A stretch of DNA of 64,000 nt from an uncultured Methylomirabilota bacterium (GCA_963705305.1 OY970067.1:4192001-4256000), one strand, 5' to 3'; shown: positions 50,871 through 63,350, counted from the stretch's first letter. The notes: a model not told the origin generated them from the letters alone. Made by a program: numbers and translations.

Positions 50871-52762
50871 CACGCGGCCCTCCTCTCGTCCCGGATCCCT
50901 CCCCGTGGCAGGAACCGGACCGCGCCGGTTGGACACGCGTCATAGCAGGCGCCGCAGCCGACGCAGGCCTCGGGGTCTATCCGATGGGGGCCCTTCGGCT
51001 CGCCCGCGATCGCCTCGACCGGGCAGGCCTTGACGCAGGCGTGGCAGCCGTTGCACACGTCCGCGGCGATCTCGTACACGGTGAGATCCCGGCAGATTCC
51101 GGCCGGACACGCGCGGCGCTCGAGGTGGGCCGTGTACTCGTCCCGGAAGTATAGGAGGGTCGACAGGACCGGGTTGACCGCCGACTTGCCCAGCTCGCAC
51201 AGGCTGGCCAGCTGCATGGCCCGCGCCAGCCGCTCGACGCGCTCCAGGTCGCCCGCCCGGCCCCGCCCGGCCACCAAATCGTCGAAGATCGCCAGCATCT
51301 GCTGCAGCCCTTCGCGGCACGGCACGCACTTGCCGCACGACTCCTCGGCCAGGAAGCGCAGGAAGTAGCGCGCCACGTCCACCATGCAGGTCCGGTCGTC
51401 CATCACGATCATCCCGCCCGACCCCATCATCGAGCCGGCCTCCGCCAGCCGCTCGTAGTCGACCGGAAGATCCAGCAGCGATGCCGGCACGCAGCCCCCC
51501 GACGGGCCGCCGGTCTGCATCGCCTTGAACGGACGGTCATGCAGCACCCCGCCGCCGATGCCGAAGATGATCTCCCGGAGGCTCGTCCCCATCGGCAGCT
51601 CGATGAGGCCGGTGTTTTTGACCTTGCCGACCAGCGAGAAGGCCTTCGTCCCCCGGGACCGCTCCGTGCCCACGGCCGCGAAGGGTTGGGGCCCATGGGC
51701 GAGAATGGCCCCCACATCCGCCCAGGTCTCGACGTTGTTCAGGACGGTGGGCAGGTCGAACAGGCCGCGCGCCGCGGCATGCACGTACTTCACGCGCGGC
51801 TCCCCCACCCGGCCCTCCAGCGAGCGCATGAGCGCCGAGGACTCGCCGCAGACGAACGCCCCGCCCCCCCGCGAGATCGTGATATCGAAGGAGAGGTCGC
51901 TGCCCAGAATGCGCTCGCCCAGCAGGCCGGCCGCCCGCGCGTCCGCAATGGCCGCGCCGAGGGTGCGGACGGCCAGGGGGTACTCGTCCCGCACGTAGAT
52001 GATTCCCTCGCGCGCCCCGACCGCGAAGGCGCCGATCAGCATGCCCTCGAGGACCGCATGGGGATCCCCCTCCATGATCGAGCGGTCCTTGAAGGCCCCG
52101 GGATCCCCCTCGTCGCCGTTGCACAGGACGAACTTGCGATCGCCTGCGCTCGCCCGGCAGGCGCGCCATTTGCGGGCGGTAGGGAAGCCGGCCCCGCCCC
52201 TGCCGCGCAGGCCGGCCTGCTCCACCTCCGCGATCACCTGCTCGGGGCTCATCTCGCACACCGCCCTGACCATTCCCGCATAGGCGCCCTGGCTCACCGC
52301 GTCGGCGAGATCGCCCGGATCGATCCGGCCGATGTTGCGGAGGGCGATGCGGGTTTGCCTGGCGTAGAATGGGATGTCATGCGCCCGCTCGACGCGGCTC
52401 CCATCGGCCGGGTCCCGGTACAACAGGCGCGGGATCACCTTTCCCCCCGCCAGGGTCGTCTCGCAGATCTCGGTCACATCCTCCCGCGTCACCCGGAGGT
52501 AGAGTATCCCCTCGGGCTCGATCACGACCAGCGGGCCGCGCTCGCAAAAGCCGTGGCAGCCGGTCCGCTTGGTGAACGTGCGGACCGCCGCATCCGTTCC
52601 GCGTGCGGCCAGCTCGGCCTCGAAGGCCTCGGCGACCTCGGCCGATCCGTTGGCCAGGCAGCCGGTGCCGCAGCAGATCCGCACCTCGCGCCGGCGCGCA
52701 GCCCGGCGCTCCCGGGCCTGTGCCGCGAACGACCTGAACTGGGCGGCCGACTCGATCCTCAT
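50870..52762 (-). CDS. NuoF/HydB-like FMN/NADH subunit (module 1)
   Basis: CCGTGC..TGCHGFC, LRGRGGAGFP, NGDEGDPGAFKDR, ESCGKCVPCREG, C-terminal 2x[4Fe-4S]. Confidence 0.95.
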   Translation of the reverse strand: MRIESAAQFRSFAAQARERRAARRREVRICCGTGCLANGSAEVAEAFEAELAARGTDAAVRTFTKRTGCHGFCERGPLVVIEPEGILYLRVTREDVTEICETTLAGGKVIPRLLYRDPADGSRVERAHDIPFYARQTRIALRNIGRIDPGDLADAVSQGAYAGMVRAVCEMSPEQVIAEVEQAGLRGRGGAGFPTARKWRACRASAGDRKFVLCNGDEGDPGAFKDRSIMEGDPHAVLEGMLIGAFAVGAREGIIYVRDEYPLAVRTLGAAIADARAAGLLGERILGSDLSFDITISRGGGAFVCGESSALMRSLEGRVGEPRVKYVHAAARGLFDLPTVLNNVETWADVGAILAHGPQPFAAVGTERSRGTKAFSLVGKVKNTGLIELPMGTSLREIIFGIGGGVLHDRPFKAMQTGGPSGGCVPASLLDLPVDYERLAEAGSMMGSGGMIVMDDRTCMVDVARYFLRFLAEESCGKCVPCREGLQQMLAIFDDLVAGRGRAGDLERVERLARAMQLASLCELGKSAVNPVLSTLLYFRDEYTAHLERRACPAGICRDLTVYEIAADVCNGCHACVKACPVEAIAGEPKGPHRIDPEACVGCGACYDACPTGAVRFLPRGGIRDERRAA

Positions 52763-53238
52763 TGGCCGTCTCCGTCGTGCACGATCTTTCCAACGCGGGA
52801 CGCCGTCACCTTGCCGTGGTACCGCTCGCCCACGATCACGACCGGCGCCATGGCGCACGCGCCCACGCAATTGACGGTCTTGAGCGTGAACCCGAGACCG
52901 GGGGTCGTCTCGCCCGGTGCCAGGTGGAGCTGCCGCTCCAGCTCCGCCAAGAGCCGGCCTGCCCCCCGGATGTGGCAGGCGGTCCCGGTGCACACCCGGA
53001 TGACGGTCCGCCCCTGGGGGCGGAGGGCAAACGCCTTGTAGAATGTCGCCACGGAGAAGATCTTGGCCTGCGGGATCGAGAGCGCTTCGGCCACCCGGGC
53101 GAGCACCTCGCACGGCAGATAGGTATAGGAGCGCTGCACGTCCTGCAAGACCTGGATCAGCGACGCTTCCGTCGCCGGATAGCGCGCCAAGATAGCCCCG
53201 AGGGGCGCCGGGTCCACGCACATCAGGCCGTCCGTCAT
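52759..53238 (-). CDS. NuoE/HydC-like [2Fe-2S] subunit (module 1)
   Basis: LIQVLQDVQ, VATFY, VCTGTACHIRG, VNCVGACAMAP. Confidence 0.93.
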   Translation of the reverse strand: MTDGLMCVDPAPLGAILARYPATEASLIQVLQDVQRSYTYLPCEVLARVAEALSIPQAKIFSVATFYKAFALRPQGRTVIRVCTGTACHIRGAGRLLAELERQLHLAPGETTPGLGFTLKTVNCVGACAMAPVVIVGERYHGKVTASRVGKIVHDGDGQ

Positions 53239-54041
53239 CCGAGCATCTCCCGGCCCGCCGCCGCCGACTCCCGGATGGGGAGCGGAGCGCGGTCTCCCGT
53301 CTCCGGCGTCCTGAACACGCCCAGGGGATAGTAGGGAATCATGTTCCGCTCCAGCCAGCGGCAGGCCTCGGCGGGCGGCATCCCCCAGTTGGTCGGGCAG
53401 ATCGACAGGATCTCGACCAGCGAGAAGCAGCGGTCCTCCATCTGGCAGCGGAACGCCCGCCGCAAGAGGGCCTTGGCCGCCGCCGCGTGCCGCGGCGTGT
53501 GCGCCGCCGCCCGCGCGATGAATGCGGGCGTCCGCAGGGTGGAGAGCAGCTCCGCCATGCGGATCGGATAGCCGGCGCTCCCCACGTCGCGGCCGTCCAC
53601 CGAGGTTGTCGTCACCTGCTCCGGCAGCGTGGTGGGCGCCATCTGCCCCCCCGTCATCCCGTAGGTGGCGTTGTTCACGAAGACCACGCTTACCTTCTCC
53701 CCGCGATTGGCGCAGTGGACGATTTCGGCCGTCCCGATCGAGGCCAGGTCGCCGTCCCCCTGGTAGGCCATCACGAAGAGGTCTGGCCGGGCCCGCTTGA
53801 TGCCGGTGGCCACGGCCGGGGCGCGCCCGTGGGCGGCGGCCTGGAAATCGGTCGCGAAGTAGTTGTAGGCGAATACCGAGCAGCCCACCGGGGCGATGCC
53901 CACCGTGCGCTCGCAAAGATGCAGCTCGTCCAGGAGCTCGGCGATCACCCGGTGGATCACGCCATGGGTGCACCCCGGGCAGTAGTGGGTGCCGACCGGC
54001 TCGAGCGAGCGGGGTCGCTCGAACAGCATGGCCTCAGCCAT
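53235..54041 (-). CDS. 2-oxoacid:ferredoxin oxidoreductase beta (TPP-binding)
   Basis: HYCPGCTHG, YQGDGD..NNATYGMTGGQ, CPTNW. Confidence 0.93.
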   Translation of the reverse strand: MAEAMLFERPRSLEPVGTHYCPGCTHGVIHRVIAELLDELHLCERTVGIAPVGCSVFAYNYFATDFQAAAHGRAPAVATGIKRARPDLFVMAYQGDGDLASIGTAEIVHCANRGEKVSVVFVNNATYGMTGGQMAPTTLPEQVTTTSVDGRDVGSAGYPIRMAELLSTLRTPAFIARAAAHTPRHAAAAKALLRRAFRCQMEDRCFSLVEILSICPTNWGMPPAEACRWLERNMIPYYPLGVFRTPETGDRAPLPIRESAAAGREMLG

Positions 54042-55128
54042 GGACCGCCTCCCGGGTCGCCGCCCTGTCGCTTAGGATCCGCAGGGCGGCCTCGACCACG
54101 TCCTCCGGCATCAGCAGGATCCCTCCCTGGCGCCCGATAAAGTGAATCGGCCTCCGGTCCCCCACGGCCAGCCGGACGTCCTCGATCATCTGTCCGGCCG
54201 ACAGCTCGGCGACCAGCACCGCGCCGGCCTGCTCCGCCGCCCGCCGCACCGTGTCGTAGGGAAAGGGAAAGAGCGAGATCGGGCGGCAGAGCGCGGCGGA
54301 GATCCCCCGCTGGACCAAGAGCTCCAGGGCGCTGGCGCAGACGCGGGCCACCGTCCCATACGCCACGATGAGGAGGTCGGCCGGCCCGGCCGGCGCGATC
54401 TCGGCGCAGCGGACTTCATCCCGCACCATGGTCGTGTACTTCGCCTGGAGCGCCAGGTTGTGCGCCTGGAGCTGGGCGGGGTCCAGGTAGAGCGAGTTGA
54501 TGATGGCCCGCGGGCGGCCGCCGTGCCAGCCGGTGGTGGCCCAGGTCTTGGGCGCCAGCGGCCTGCAGGGGGGACGCTCGGGGGTGAAGTCCACGGGCTC
54601 CATGATCTGCCCGATCAGCCCATCGCAAAGCAGCATCACCGGGTTGCGGTAGAAATCGGCCAGGTCGAAGGCATCCCGCATGAGATCCGCCGCCTCCTGG
54701 ACGGACCAGGGGGCCAGGACCAGGCAGCGGTAATCGCCGTGCCCCCCGCCCTTGGTGGCCTGGAGGTAGTCGCTCTGGCCGGGCAGGATGCCTCCCAGCC
54801 CGGGACCCGCGCGCATGACGTTGACGATGACGACCGGCAGCTCGGCGCCCGCCAGGTACGACACCGCCTCCATCATCAGCGAGATGCCCGGCGAGGAGGA
54901 GGCGGTCATCACCCGCTCCCCCGTTCCGGCGGCCCCGTACAGCATGTTGGAGGCCGCCACCTCGCTCTCCGCCTGGACGAAGGTGCCCCCCACCTGCGGG
55001 AGGCGGCGCGACATGTATTCCAGGATCTCGGTCTGCGGCGTGATCGGGTAGCCGAAGAAGAGCCGGCACCCGGCCTGCACCGCCGCCTCCCCGATGGCCT
55101 CGCATCCCTTGATCAGCGCCCGCGGCAT
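54034..55128 (-). CDS. 2-oxoacid:ferredoxin oxidoreductase alpha (VorB-like)
   Basis: FGYPITPQ, QAESEVAA, SSSPGISL, TKGGGHGDY. Confidence 0.93.
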   Translation of the reverse strand: MPRALIKGCEAIGEAAVQAGCRLFFGYPITPQTEILEYMSRRLPQVGGTFVQAESEVAASNMLYGAAGTGERVMTASSSPGISLMMEAVSYLAGAELPVVIVNVMRAGPGLGGILPGQSDYLQATKGGGHGDYRCLVLAPWSVQEAADLMRDAFDLADFYRNPVMLLCDGLIGQIMEPVDFTPERPPCRPLAPKTWATTGWHGGRPRAIINSLYLDPAQLQAHNLALQAKYTTMVRDEVRCAEIAPAGPADLLIVAYGTVARVCASALELLVQRGISAALCRPISLFPFPYDTVRRAAEQAGAVLVAELSAGQMIEDVRLAVGDRRPIHFIGRQGGILLMPEDVVEAALRILSDRAATREAVHG

Positions 55129-55141
55129 GTGTCCGCCCCCA

Positions 55142-55375
55142 TCAGTACGCGAAGTAATGAACCAGGGTGCCGTGCACCCGCATCCGGATGGCCGCATCGG
55201 GACAGGCGATGCAGCACAGGCGGCACCCCATACAGCGCCAGCCGTCCGCGACCTCGGCGACCGCGTACCCCTTTGCGTTGATCCCGCCCCCCAGTCGCAG
55301 GACGCGCTGCGGGCAGACCTGGACGCACTGCTCGCACCCCTTGCACAGCTCGCGGTCGATCAGGATCTGGGGCAC
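55142..55375 (-). CDS. 2x[4Fe-4S] ferredoxin (oxidoreductase delta subunit)
   Basis: CKGCEQCVQVCP..NAKGY..CMGCRLCCIACPD. AGGAG RBS before the GTG. Confidence 0.9.
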   Translation of the reverse strand: MPQILIDRELCKGCEQCVQVCPQRVLRLGGGINAKGYAVAEVADGWRCMGCRLCCIACPDAAIRMRVHGTLVHYFAY

Positions 55376-55377
55376 GC

Positions 55378-56181
55378 TCAGACTCCTGGATGCCGGAACG
55401 CGCCCGTCGAAGGCGCCCACGGCGCAGCCGGGACGGCGGCCTCACGCAGGGGGACGCGCCCGCTCGGCCGGGCGGCCAAACGCCCCGTCCTCTGGAGCTG
55501 TCGCGGTTGTGTCTCGAACGGCGGGGAGACCAGGCGGCGCAGCGGCAGAACCGGACAGGGCGCCCAGCCGGGCAAAAACGCTCCGACCAAACGCTCCTCG
55601 ACCGCGACCAGGGCCACCGGCAGGCTCAGCACCGCCGCCGCCTGCTCTGTTAGCCGGAGGCCGCTCCTCACGGTGTCGGGGGTCGTCTCGGAGAGGAGAT
55701 GCGTGTTGGACACGAGGCCGCTGACGGGCAGCCGCGCCGCCGCCTCGATGGCGCGGACCGTCGCCACCGCCTGCTCGACGGTCTCCGTCTGCGGGCGCGC
55801 GAAGTTGAGGACCAGCAGGTGCTCGACGTCGCTTTTCGGCAGCGCCTCCGAGATGGCACCGAAAACCAGGGCTCCGACCGGATCGCCGCCAACGTCGACG
55901 ATGACCCGAGGCCCGCCGTTGAGGATGAGGCCGAGCGCGTCCGGCGGCACGACCGGCATGTCGGCGCGGGCGGCCTCCCCGTCCGCGGAGACGACGCGCA
56001 CCCCCCGGCCGGCCATCTCGACCTTGAGCGCTCGGCAGCGGAAGTAGGGCTTGACGACATCGAGGTCCACCAGCGTCACGGGCTCGCCGCTCCGCCCCAG
56101 CTCCAGCGCCCCGTTGACCGCGATCTCGGTCTTCCCGCTGCCAAAGTTCCCGGTAATGACGGTCACCCGGCGTGCAAACAC
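55378..56181 (-). CDS. P-loop ATPase (MinD/ParA-like) associated with Vor-type operons
   Basis: GNFGSGKTE, VDLDVVKPYFR, IVDVGGD, SNTHL. GGGAGG RBS. Confidence 0.85.
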   Translation of the reverse strand: MFARRVTVITGNFGSGKTEIAVNGALELGRSGEPVTLVDLDVVKPYFRCRALKVEMAGRGVRVVSADGEAARADMPVVPPDALGLILNGGPRVIVDVGGDPVGALVFGAISEALPKSDVEHLLVLNFARPQTETVEQAVATVRAIEAAARLPVSGLVSNTHLLSETTPDTVRSGLRLTEQAAAVLSLPVALVAVEERLVGAFLPGWAPCPVLPLRRLVSPPFETQPRQLQRTGRLAARPSGRVPLREAAVPAAPWAPSTGAFRHPGV

Positions 56182-56340
56182 CAGCCACCTCCCAAGCCTC
56201 GACGCACCGTCTCCCCGACTCCTCGAGAGCGGTGGCGGGCTCACCGGCGGTATACGGGGCACGATGAAGGCCTGAAAGGTGTATGGACTGCGGTCACCGG
56301 CCCCGATCCCTGGTCATCAGTTCAAGCCCGCATTGACTTA

Positions 56341-56357
56341 TAGCAAGCGGGGGGCCA
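56341..56357 (-). promoter_or_regulatory. sigma54 -24/-12 promoter for the oxidoreductase/module 1 operon
   Basis: Minus strand TGGCCCCCCGCTTGCTA (GG-N10-GC), divergent from a sigma54 activator gene. Confidence 0.75.
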
Positions 56358-56423
56358 TGCGGCGACCGACTCGTAACCTCGTGCACAATAAGGGCGGCCG
56401 GCCGAACGACATCAAACTGTCTA

Positions 56424-56457
56424 TTGCAAAATGCAGTGGTCTGATTTCATAATGCAA
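56424..56457. promoter_or_regulatory. Candidate tandem activator-binding sites
   Basis: TTGCAAAATGCAG and TTTCATAATGCAA, 21 bp apart, about 70-100 bp upstream of the -24 element. Confidence 0.55.
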
Positions 56458-56469
56458 GTGGAGGGCATC

Positions 56470-58092
<1,623 letters not shown>

Positions 58093-58177
58093 TGACTTAG
58101 GGGACGTTGCTTCCTTATTCTCCTTGCTCCCCGCACTCGCCCACGCGGCCAAGGACACTCCGGGTCTCCTGCTCAAG

Positions 58178-58375
58178 GGCCAGAGGTCAGAGGTCGGCAG
58201 TCGGAGGACAGTAGCCAGAAGAGCGTTCGGGGCCTCACGCCAAGATCGCCAGGAAGGGAAAACCGGGGAACCGGAGAGCCGGGGAATCGGCGACGCGGAG
58301 AACCTGTGCCCGTGCCTTCTCTCCGTGGCTCGGTTTCCCCGTTTCCCCGTGTCTCCGGCTCTCCGATTCTCCCCC
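58178..58375. repeat. Short tandem 7-/8-mer repeats in inverted arrangement
   Basis: GTCAGAG-like heptamers, then CGGGGAAN/CGGAGANN octamers facing TTCCCCG/TCTCCG copies. Confidence 0.6.
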
Positions 58376-58507
58376 TCCCCCCTGCGTTCCTCCCTTCCCC
58401 CCTCCTTGACATCTTTGCTATTCGGCGCCATCCTCGCCCCGACGCAATCAGGTATGTCCCCAAAAAAGGCTCGCGCCTCCTCGTTGGCGCTCAGGGAATT
58501 GACATCC

Positions 58508-61500
58508 ATGACCCGCCGCCACCCGCTCGCCGGCTTCCACCCGGCCGTTCAGGCCTGGTTCCGCGCCTCCTTCCCAGCCCCCACCCGCGCCCAAGAGCTG
58601 GCCTGGCCCGAGATCCTGGCCGGTCGGTCCACCCTCCTATCCGCGCCCACCGGATCGGGGAAAACGTTGGCCGCCTTCCTCGCCGCCATCCAGCGCCTGA
58701 TGTTCTTCCCTCCCCCCCAGCCGCACGCCCGCTGCCGTGTCCTGTACGTCTCGCCGCTCCGAGCGCTGGCGGTCGATGTAGAGCGGAACCTGCGGGTGCC
58801 CCTGGCGGGGATCGAGCGCGAGGCTGCCCGACGGGGTCTGGCGGTCCATCCGGTGACAGTTGCCATCCGGTCGGGCGATACGCCCGGGGCCGAGCGGGCC
58901 CGCATGGCGCGAAGACCCCCGGACATCCTGATCACGACCCCCGAGTCCCTCTTCCTCATCCTCACCTCCAAGGCGCGGGCGATCCTGGCCTCCGTCGAGA
59001 TCGTCATCCTGGACGAGATTCACGCCCTGCTAGGGACCAAGCGTGGGGCACACCTGGCCCTCTCGATCGAGCGCGTGGCCGAGCTGTCGGGGCGCGATCC
59101 GCAGCGGATCGGGCTCTCCGCCACGCAGCGGCCGCTCGAGCTGGTGGCCCGCTTTCTGGGGGGCGGCCGGCCCCGCGAGCGCTGGCAGCCCCGCCCCGTC
59201 AGTATCGTGGACGCCGGCCCTGCCAAGGCCTACGACCTCAGGGTCGAGGTCCCGGTCGAGGACATGGCCCGGCCGGGCGAGGGCGTCGAGCATCGCGGCG
59301 GGGAGATCGCGGCCCCGGACCGCGGCCCGATCCAGCGGCGCTCTATCTGGCCCGCCATCCACCCGCGTCTCCTGGAGCTGATCCGCACGCACACCTCCAC
59401 CATCCTCTTCGTCAACTCCCGACGGATAGCCGAGCGCCTCGCCGCCGCGCTCAACGAGCTGGCCGGCGAAGAATTGGTGCGGGCCCACCACGGCTCCCTG
59501 GCCCGCGAAGAGCGCCTCCTGATCGAGGATGCGCTCAAAAAGGGGCGCCTTCCCGCCCTGGTGGCCACCTCCACCCTGGAGCTCGGAATCGACATGGGCG
59601 CCGTGGACCTGGTGGTGCAGATCGAGACGCCCCCCTCCGTGGCCAGCGGCATCCAGCGCATCGGCCGTGCCAGCCACCAGGCCGGCGCCGTCTCGCGCGG
59701 CGTCCTCTTCCCCAAGTACCGGGGAGACCTCCTGGCCACGGCGGCCATCACCCGGGCGATCCTGCAGGGCGATATCGAGGAGACGCGGATGCCCGCCAAT
59801 CCCCTCGATGTCCTGGCCCAGCACCTCGTCTCCATGGCGGTGGCAGGTGATCGAAAGGTGAACGACCTATACGCCGTGGTTCGGCGGGCGGCGCCCTACG
59901 CGCGGCTCCCGCGGGGCCAGTTCGAGGGCGTGCTGGACATGCTGTCCGGGCGCTACGCCTCCCCCCGGCTGGCGACGCTCCGGCCGCGGCTCACCTGGGA
60001 CCGCCTGCAGGGAACCGTGCGGCCCCGCGAGGGCGCCCGGGCCCTGGTGGTGACGAATGCCGGGACGATCCCCGACCGGGGGCTCTACGGCGTCTTCCTG
60101 GCAGGTGCGGAGCCGGCCAAAGGCGGGCACCAGAGATCCGGCGGGCGGCGAGTCGGCGAGCTGGACGAGGAGATGGTCTTCGAAAGCCGCGTGGGCGACG
60201 TCTTCGTCCTCGGGGCCTCCAGCTGGCGGATCCTGGAGATCACACGCGACCGCGTCCTGGTGGCGCCGGCCCCCGGAGAGCCGGGACGACTGCCCTTCTG
60301 GAAGGCCGACCGCCCGCCTCGACCCGCGGAGACCGGCCGCGCCATCGGCCGCCTGACGCGCGAGCTGCTGGCGCTTCCCCGCAAGGCGGCCCTCGCCCGG
60401 CTCGTCCGGGACCACGCGCTGGAGGCGCAGGCGGCGCGAAACCTCCTGGCATACCTGGACGAGCAGCGGAAGGCCACGGGCGCGCTCCCGGACGACCGGA
60501 CGATCGTCCTGGAGCGGTTCCGGGACGAGATGGGAGATTGGCGGCTCTGCCTCCTCTCCCCGTTCGGCGGCCGGATTCACGCTCCCTGGACGCTGGCGAT
60601 GGAGGCCCGGCTGCGCCGGGGCGGCGAGCCGGAGGTCGAGACCCTCTGGAGCGACGACGGGATCGTCCTCCGCCTCCCCGACCGGGATCGGCCTCCCGAG
60701 GCGGCCGCCCTCCTGCCCGATCCCGAAGAGATGGAAGACCTGGTGGCGGGGGCCCTCGCCGAGTCGGCCCTGTTCGCGGCGACCTTCCGGGAGGCCGCCG
60801 CGCGCGCCCTTCTGTTGCCGCGGCGCCGGCCCGGCCAGCGCACGCCCCTCTGGATGCAGCGGAAGCGGGCCGCGGACCTCTTGGCGGCCGCCGCCGGCAC
60901 CCGCTCCTTCCCCATCCTCCTCGAGACCTACCGGGAATGCCTGCAGGATATCTTCGATCTCCCCGGCCTGGTGGACCTGGCCGAGCGCGTGCGGCGGCGC
61001 GACATCCGGCTGGTCACGGTGGATACCGCCGCCCCGTCCCCCTTCTCGGCCTCCCTCCTGTTCGGCTACGTTGCCAATTACATCTACGACGGGGACGCGC
61101 CGCTGGCGGAGCGCCGCGCCCACGCCCTCATGGTCGACCAGCGGCAGCTGCGCGAGCTGCTGGGCGAGGCGGAGCTGCGGGAGCTTTTGGATGGCTCCGC
61201 CCTCCAGGAGCTGGAGCTGGCCCTGCAGGGCCTGGAGGAGGATCGGAAGGCGGGCAGCGCGGATCGGCTGCACGATCTGCTGCTCCGCCTGGGTGATCTC
61301 CACGCGCCACGAGAATCGCCGCCCGCGTGGCGCCACGGCGCCGGCCGGCGGAGGCGAAACCCGAGGACCCCAGGACACTGTCCGCCCGCCTCGTCGAAGA
61401 GCTGTTGCGCGACGGCCGCGCGCTGTGCGTCCGCATGGGCGGCGAAGAGCGGGCGATCGCGGCCGAGGAGGCCGGACGCTACCGCGACGCCCTGGGAATC

Positions 61501-63060
61501 CGGCTGCCCGAGGGCCTGCCGGCGCCCTTTCTCGAGCCGGTCCCCGACGCGCTGGGCGAGATCGTGGCGCGCTTTGCGCGCACCCACGGTCCCTTCCAAA
61601 CCGCGGATATCGCGAGACGCTACGGCCTGCACGAAGCGGAGACGACGGCCGCCCTCGACCGCCTGGCGGCAGCCGGCCGGATCCTGGAGGGGGAATTCCG
61701 GCCGGGAGGTCGCGGACGCGAGTGGTGCGACGCGGAGGTGCTGGCCGCCCTGCGGCGCCGATCCCTCTCGCGCTTCCGGAAACAGGTCGAGCCCGCAGAG
61801 CCGGCCGCGCTGGCACGCCTCCTGGCCGACTGGCAGGGTATTTCCCCGGAGGGTGCCGAGACCGCATCCATTCGAAGCGGTCCGGATGCGCTCCTGGACG
61901 TCCTGGAGCAGCTCCAGGGGGCGGCCATCCCGGCATCGACGCTGGAGACCGACATCCTCCCCGCCCGCCTGCCGGCCTACCATCCGCAGGATCTCGACGC
62001 CCTCCTGGCAGCGGGGGAAGTCATCTGGACGGGCGTGGCGCCGCTGGGAGAGCACGATGGCAAGCTCTCCCTCTATCTTTCCGAGGACTGGCCCCTCCTG
62101 CGCCCGGACGCCCCGCCCGGGCCGACGGGCGATCTCCACGAGGCCATCCGTCGCGTGCTCGGCCGGCGCGGCGCCAGCTTCTTCAGCGATCTGCGTGCTG
62201 CCGTCGGCGGGGCGTTGGAGCGGCAGGTTCTGGATGCCTTGTGGGAGCTCGTCTGGGCGGGCGAGGTGACCAACGATACCCTGGCCCCGCTGCGGGCATT
62301 CCTGGCCCAACGGCAGGTCGGCCGACGGGCGGGCCGCCGGATCTCGCTCTTCCGGACGCGCCGATCCGCAGCGCCATCGGCGGCCGGACGCTGGAGCCTG
62401 CTCGATCCACTCGCCGGCCGCGACGCCCCCACACCCACCGAGCGGCTGGCCGCGCTGGCGGGGCAGCTCCTGGGCCGATATGGAGTTCTCACCCGCGATG
62501 GCGTAACTGCAGAGGGGGTGACCGGTGGGTTTGCCGCGCTCTACCCGGTCCTCGCGACTCTCGAAGAACAGGGGAAGGCCCGGCGAGGCTACTTCGTCAC
62601 CGGCCTCGGCGGCTCCCAGTTCGCGGACGCGGGCGCCCTGGACCGTCTGCGGGCGCTCCGCGAAGGCGTCGGCGAGCCCCGTGCGGTCGTCCTGGCGGCG
62701 GCCGACCCCGCCCAGCCGTACGGCTCCGTCCTGCCATGGCCGAAAGGCGACGCCCGGCTGGCGCGGGTGACCGGGGCCCACGTCGTGCTGGTGGACGGGC
62801 GTCTGCTGGCGTACCTCTCGCGCGAGGAGCGGGAGCTGCGCGCCTTCCTTCCCGAGGAGGAGCCCGACTGCTCGACCCTGGCACAGGCGGCGGCGCGGGC
62901 GCTCTTCAGGTGGGCGCGGCGCACCGGACGCACGGGCCTGGGGTGGTCCGCAGAGGATGAGGCCCCCGCCTCGCAGGGCCCCCTCGCCCCCTTCCTCATC
63001 GCGGCGGGCTTCCAGGCGTTTGGCCCGGCCCTCCGCCTGCACCCTCGAACAGGCTGCTGA
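58508..63060 (+). CDS. lhr: Large helicase-related protein Lhr (two +1 indels at about 61301 and 61314)
   Basis: APTGSGKT, ITTPES, LDEIH, LSAT, AHHGS, QRIGR. The C-terminal winged-helix region continues in the 61327-63060 frame. Confidence 0.92.
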
Positions 63061-63264
63061 AAAAGGCCCATCTGCTGCGTTGGCGCACTCGCGCGACGCT
63101 GCGGCGTACCCGTAAGTACGCCTCGCGTCTGCACCCATCCTCACGGATGGGTACCCGGCGCGCCGCCTTGCCATTCGACAGGCTCATGGTCCCGAGCGAA
63201 GTCGAGGGACATCTGGACCTTTTTGAGCAGCCCGGGGGAAACGGGTTTTTTCGGCAGCCTGCTA
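63050..63264. repeat. MITE/REP-like element, copy E (inverted), with a nested second palindrome at 63171-63209
   Basis: CAGGCTGCTGAAAAAGGCCCATCTG...CATCTGGACCTTTTTGAGCAGCC. Insert CCATTCGACAGGCTCATGGTCCCGAGCGAAGTCGAGGGA. Confidence 0.85.
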
Positions 63265-63350
63265 ATCGCATCGCGCGGGGGGCCTATGCGGGAGCAGTCA
63301 TTCCCAATCCGAGAAATTTCGAACTTCGAATTTCGAATTCCCGCTCCCAC

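Noticed and set aside
42195..53238. Hydrogenase, formate dehydrogenase or respiratory complex I
   Set aside because: No H-cluster, NiFe or molybdopterin catalytic subunit and no membrane Nuo subunits in the window.
61290..61330. Programmed ribosomal frameshift in lhr
   Set aside because: No slippery heptamer. Two separate single-base duplications explain it better.
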